This document shows, one piece after another, positions 24,589 through 28,267 of a stretch of DNA of 28,267 nucleotides. Every line of letters starts with the position of its first letter. Position 1 is the first letter of the stretch. The translations under genes and the position numbers were made by a program. The DNA is from an uncultured Rhizobiaceae bacterium (GTDB lineage Bacteria > Pseudomonadota > Alphaproteobacteria > Reyranellales > Reyranellaceae), in the NCBI GenBank assembly GCA_964398335.1, contig CAYNOF010000902.1, forward strand, positions 1-28,267, written 5' to 3'. The notes beneath the pieces are model-generated. The model did no database searches. It saw only the letters and a program-made list of their open reading frames with translations, and was not told the DNA's origin.

Positions 24589-25827
24589 ATGGCCATCAAT
24601 AGACTGCGTCGTGTCGCGCTGCCCCTGGCGGCGCTGCTCACCCTGACCGTGCCTGCCGTCCACGCGGCGCCCGACGAGGAGTTGCTGGGCAAGGCCAGGG
24701 GCTATCCGGTCGGCACGCCCTCGACCTGGTTCTACGACCAGACCGTGCGGGTCGGCTCGTTCAGCCACATGGACAGCTTCCTGCCGCACCGCATGATCGC
24801 GCACGCGGACAAGGCGCGTGACCTGCCGAAGTCCGCGACCGAACCCGACTACACCTACCGCTTCGACCACGAGACGCGCAGCGTCCAGGACTTCCTGGCG
24901 CGCCGCCGCATCACCGGATTGCTGGTGATCAAGGACGGCGTCGTGCAGCTCGAGCGCTACCAGTACGACCGCACCCCCCAGCATCGCCTGCTGTCGAACT
25001 CGATGGCCAAGTCGATCACCTCGGTCGCCGTGGGCATGGCACTGACCGAGGGCAAGATCCGTTCGCTCGACGACACGGCGGCGACCTACGTGCCGGAGCT
25101 CGCCGGCTCAGGCTATGGTGAGACGCCGATCCGCGCGCTGCTGCGCATGGCCTCGGGCATCACCTTCACCGAGCGCTACGACGGCAAGGACGACCTGCAG
25201 AAATTCGTCACCCTCTCGATGCGCGAGGGCACGATTCCGGCGATCCGCGCCTTCAGCCGGCGCGATGTGCCGCCCAACACCAAATTCCAGTACGCCTCGA
25301 TCGAGACCCTGGTGCTGTCCTACGTGATGAAGGGTGCCACGAAACAGCCGCTCTCCGACTACGTCGCCGAGCGTCTGTGGCGGCCGATGGGTGCGGAGGC
25401 GGATGCGAGCTGGATCATCAACCGCGACGGCGTCGAGCTGGCGCATGGCAATTTCAACGCCACCCTGCGCGACTGGGGCCGGCTGGGCATGCTGCTGGCC
25501 GACGACGGCGCCCGCGACGGCAAGCAGATCATCCCGCGCGACTACCTGCTCGAGGCGACCGACTACAACCGCCACCCGCAGGCCTTCCACCCGCGCCAGG
25601 CGACGCGGTATTTCGGCTACGGCTACAAGTTCTGGCTGTTTCCTGCGACGCAGCGGCGCTTCGCGCTGCTGGGTGTCTACGGCCAGTCGATCTTCGTCGA
25701 TCCTGGCCAGCGGCTGGTGATGGTCATCACCGCGGTGCAGAAGGACGCATCCGACGGCGAGCAGTTCGGCGCCGAACGCGACGCGCTGTGGCGCGCCATC
25801 GTGCAGCGCCACGGTGGGCAGTGGTAG
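24589..25827 (+). CDS. Serine hydrolase, beta-lactamase class C / 6-aminohexanoate-dimer hydrolase-like, with signal peptide
   Basis: C-terminal part of track ORF 23485..25827. SNSMAKS (SxxK), FQYAS, YGY and GVYGQ motifs. Confidence 0.9.
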   Translation: MAINRLRRVALPLAALLTLTVPAVHAAPDEELLGKARGYPVGTPSTWFYDQTVRVGSFSHMDSFLPHRMIAHADKARDLPKSATEPDYTYRFDHETRSVQDFLARRRITGLLVIKDGVVQLERYQYDRTPQHRLLSNSMAKSITSVAVGMALTEGKIRSLDDTAATYVPELAGSGYGETPIRALLRMASGITFTERYDGKDDLQKFVTLSMREGTIPAIRAFSRRDVPPNTKFQYASIETLVLSYVMKGATKQPLSDYVAERLWRPMGAEADASWIINRDGVELAHGNFNATLRDWGRLGMLLADDGARDGKQIIPRDYLLEATDYNRHPQAFHPRQATRYFGYGYKFWLFPATQRRFALLGVYGQSIFVDPGQRLVMVITAVQKDASDGEQFGAERDALWRAIVQRHGGQW

Positions 25828-25835
25828 GCGCGCCG

Positions 25836-25903
25836 CGTCGTCCTGGCCGCCAGCGCGGCATCCTGCATCGGCACAGGGCTTCCTCGCTTCGCTCGGAAGG
25901 ACA
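25836..25903. repeat. Degenerate REP-like inverted repeat between convergent genes
   Basis: The right arm CTTCCTCGCTTCGCTCGGAAGGACA forms a hairpin and matches the left arm only loosely. Confidence 0.35.
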
Positions 25904-25935
25904 GGAGACCGAGAGCGCGCCTCAGGCGATGACGG

Positions 25936-27744
25936 TCAGATCGCCTCCTCCCAGCTGCGGCTCAGCCGCATCGCGGAGTTGATCAGGCCGACCATCGAGT
26001 AGGTCTGCGGGAAGTTGCCCCACAGCTCGCCGGTCTCGACGTCGGCGTCCTCCGACAGCAGCCCGAAGGAGTTGCGTCGCGTCAGGATGCGCTCGAACAG
26101 CGCGCGCGCTTCCTCCTTGCGGCCGATCGAGGCCAGCGCATCGACGTACCAGAAGGCGCAGATCAGGAAGCCGCTGGTCATGTGGCCAAAATCGTCGCGC
26201 GTGCCGTAGCGCACCAGCAGATCGCCACGCCTCAGTTCCCTGCCGATCGCCTCGACGGTGGCGGCGAAGCGCGGATCGTCGGCGCGCACGAAGTCGAGCT
26301 CCGACAGCAGCAGCAGGGTGGCGTCGAGATCCTCGCCATCGAAGGTCGACACGAACGTGCCGCGCGCCTTGGACCAGATACGCGGCTCGATCGCCGCACG
26401 CACGCGATCGGCGTTCTCCTGCCAGTACGCCGCGCGATCGTCGCGCCCCAGGATATCGGCGATGCGCGCGAGCCGATCCAGCGCCGCCCAGCACATCACG
26501 GCCGAGAAGGTGTGCACGCTCTGCTTGGTGCGCAGCTCCCAGGGGCCGGCGTCGGGCTGGTCGAAGGTCGCGAGCGCCCGCGCGCCGAGGCGCTCGAGAT
26601 GCGCGAAATGCGCGGCGTGGCCGGAGCGCATCAGGCGCCGGTCGAAGAAGGCATGGGTCGCCGCCAGCACGACGGCGCCGAAGCCGTCGTACTGCATCTG
26701 GCTGACCGCGGCGTTGCCGACGCGCACCGGCCCGTCGCCGCGATAGCCCTTCAGTGCCGTGGCGATGAACTCCTCGGTCGAGCCGTTGCGCGTGATCGAC
26801 AGCAGCGGCGGCAGATGGAATTCCTTCTCGGCCCCGAAGGTGTCGACCACGTTGCCCATGAAGTTGACGTACTCCTCCATGGTGCGCGTCGTGCCGAGGC
26901 GATTGAGTGCGTGCACGACGAAATAGGCGTCGCGCAACCAGCAGAAGCGATAATCCCAGTTGCGCGCGGTGCCCGGTGCCTCGGGGATCGAGGTGGTCAG
27001 CGCGGCGACGATGGCGCCGGTCTCCTCGAAATTGCACAGCTTCAGGGTGATCGCCGCGCGGATCACCGCATCCTGCCAGTCGAAGGGAATCGACAGCGCC
27101 CGCGCCCAGTCGCGCCACCATCCTGTCGTCTTGTCGAGGAACTCCCGCGCCGTGGCATCGACCTCCGACTGCAACGGCTCGTCGGCGCCGAGGAAGAAGG
27201 ACATCGGCCGGTCGACGGCGAACGGCGTCTCGTCGAGGATGTAGGAGATCGGCGCGTCGGTGGTCAGCCGCAGGGTCTGCGCCGTGCCGACATAGCGGAT
27301 ATGGCTGCTGCCGCGCGTGATGTCGGGCGGGCGCGAGCCCAGGCCAAAGACCGGCCGCACCGCGGCGAGCAGGCGCGGCCGGCCGGCGAGAGGCCGCACG
27401 CGGCGCACCATCTGCGGCGGACGGAAGGTGCGCTCGAAGCGCATGAAGCGCGGCGCGAAATCGGTGATCTCCAGCGTGTTGCCGTGGTCGTCGGACACCA
27501 CCGAGACGACGATCGCGGTGTTGTCGACATAGGCCTGCTCGCAGCGCGTCATGCCCACCAGGTCGAGGGCGAAGACGCCGCGCGACGGCGGCGCGTCGCC
27601 GTCGGAGTCGCCGCCATCGATCAGGGAGCAGAAGACCGGATCGCCGTCGAAGCGCGGAAAGCAGCTCCAGACGATGCGCGCCTTGCGATCGATCAACGCC
27701 GCGATCGAGCAATTGCCGATCGCCGCCAGATCCAACGAGCTCAC
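25936..27744 (-). CDS. Glycoside hydrolase family 15 protein (trehalase/glucoamylase-like)
   Basis: GTG 27744 overlaps the otsB stop and follows GGGAGGA. AIGNC...LID, W.C.PRFD, TTSIPE, RNWDYRFCWLRD and GNFPQTYS motifs. Confidence 0.95.
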   Translation of the reverse strand: MSSLDLAAIGNCSIAALIDRKARIVWSCFPRFDGDPVFCSLIDGGDSDGDAPPSRGVFALDLVGMTRCEQAYVDNTAIVVSVVSDDHGNTLEITDFAPRFMRFERTFRPPQMVRRVRPLAGRPRLLAAVRPVFGLGSRPPDITRGSSHIRYVGTAQTLRLTTDAPISYILDETPFAVDRPMSFFLGADEPLQSEVDATAREFLDKTTGWWRDWARALSIPFDWQDAVIRAAITLKLCNFEETGAIVAALTTSIPEAPGTARNWDYRFCWLRDAYFVVHALNRLGTTRTMEEYVNFMGNVVDTFGAEKEFHLPPLLSITRNGSTEEFIATALKGYRGDGPVRVGNAAVSQMQYDGFGAVVLAATHAFFDRRLMRSGHAAHFAHLERLGARALATFDQPDAGPWELRTKQSVHTFSAVMCWAALDRLARIADILGRDDRAAYWQENADRVRAAIEPRIWSKARGTFVSTFDGEDLDATLLLLSELDFVRADDPRFAATVEAIGRELRRGDLLVRYGTRDDFGHMTSGFLICAFWYVDALASIGRKEEARALFERILTRRNSFGLLSEDADVETGELWGNFPQTYSMVGLINSAMRLSRSWEEAI

Positions 27745-28267
27745 GAATCCTCCCTCAGCCCGATCTCGTCCGGTGATGGATGCCCTGAAGCCGCCCAACC
27801 CGCGAGACAGCGACGCAGCACCTCCGGAGTCGCCAGCCGCACGCCGGCGGCCGTCGGCCCCTCGCCGATCTTTACCGACACGCCGCCGTGCCGGTTGACG
27901 GCGGCGAAGGCGGCCTCGTCGGTGAGGTCGTCGCCGAAGAAGACCGGCCGCCGTCCGGCGTAGGGACGCAGCGTGAGGAACTCGTCGACCGCGCCGCCTT
28001 TGCTGACATGCGCGGGCACGATCTCGGCCACCGCGTGGCCATACTGAATGCGATAGGCCGGTCCGGCGGCGCTCAGCGCGCGGTCGACAGTCGACAGCGC
28101 CAGCGCCTCGAGTGCCGGCACCAGCCGCCAGTGGAACGCCACCGAGAGCTGCTTGTCCTCGATCACCAGGCGCGGCTCGTCACGCGCCATGGCCTGCAGC
28201 ACGTCGAGTGCGCGACGCAGGCCGGCGCGATCCGGCGTGTGACCGGGACGCTCGACACCGCCGATGC
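27741..28267 (-). CDS. otsB: Trehalose-6-phosphate phosphatase (HAD), 5' part outside the window
   Basis: The frame is open to the window edge. EDK..SVAFHWR, KG.A and FFGDDLTDE.AF motifs; adjacent to GH15. Confidence 0.88.
   Translation of the reverse strand, partial: IGGVERPGHTPDRAGLRRALDVLQAMARDEPRLVIEDKQLSVAFHWRLVPALEALALSTVDRALSAAGPAYRIQYGHAVAEIVPAHVSKGGAVDEFLTLRPYAGRRPVFFGDDLTDEAAFAAVNRHGGVSVKIGEGPTAAGVRLATPEVLRRCLAGWAASGHPSPDEIGLREDS

Overview
This is a very GC-rich chromosomal segment that looks alphaproteobacterial (inferred from gene content, GANTC-containing intergenic repeats and EcfG-type promoter motifs; no genus assigned). Left to right it holds: a partial enolase-superfamily (MLE subgroup) gene; a secreted VWA protein with six tandem ~90-aa repeats, coupled to a FUSC-family gene; a TetR-atuA operon divergent from a GNAT gene across twin palindromic operators; GST; a Bug/TctC solute receptor; two crotonase-family genes; two coupled PaaI hot-dog thioesterases; a small parvulin-like exported protein; a secreted DUF6569/ARPP-1 protein; and tRNA-Thr(GGT). 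Next comes a stress module: HPII catalase (katE) divergent from an apparently circularly permuted ROK-family kinase and a His/Cys-rich exported protein, sharing one palindromic GGAAC-N17-GTTCC site that reads as an EcfG/sigmaT promoter in both directions. After it are an SNase-like nuclease, two small ORFs and a 122-bp palindromic repeat. Then follows an operon of SsuA/NMT1-type ABC transporter plus amidohydrolase with a candidate sigma54 promoter; the amidohydrolase has an in-frame TAG 43 codons before its apparent true end. The window ends with a class C beta-lactamase-like serine hydrolase and otsB(partial)-GH15. No integrase, transposase, CRISPR array or rRNA was seen. All family assignments are from motif recognition by eye; no searches were run.
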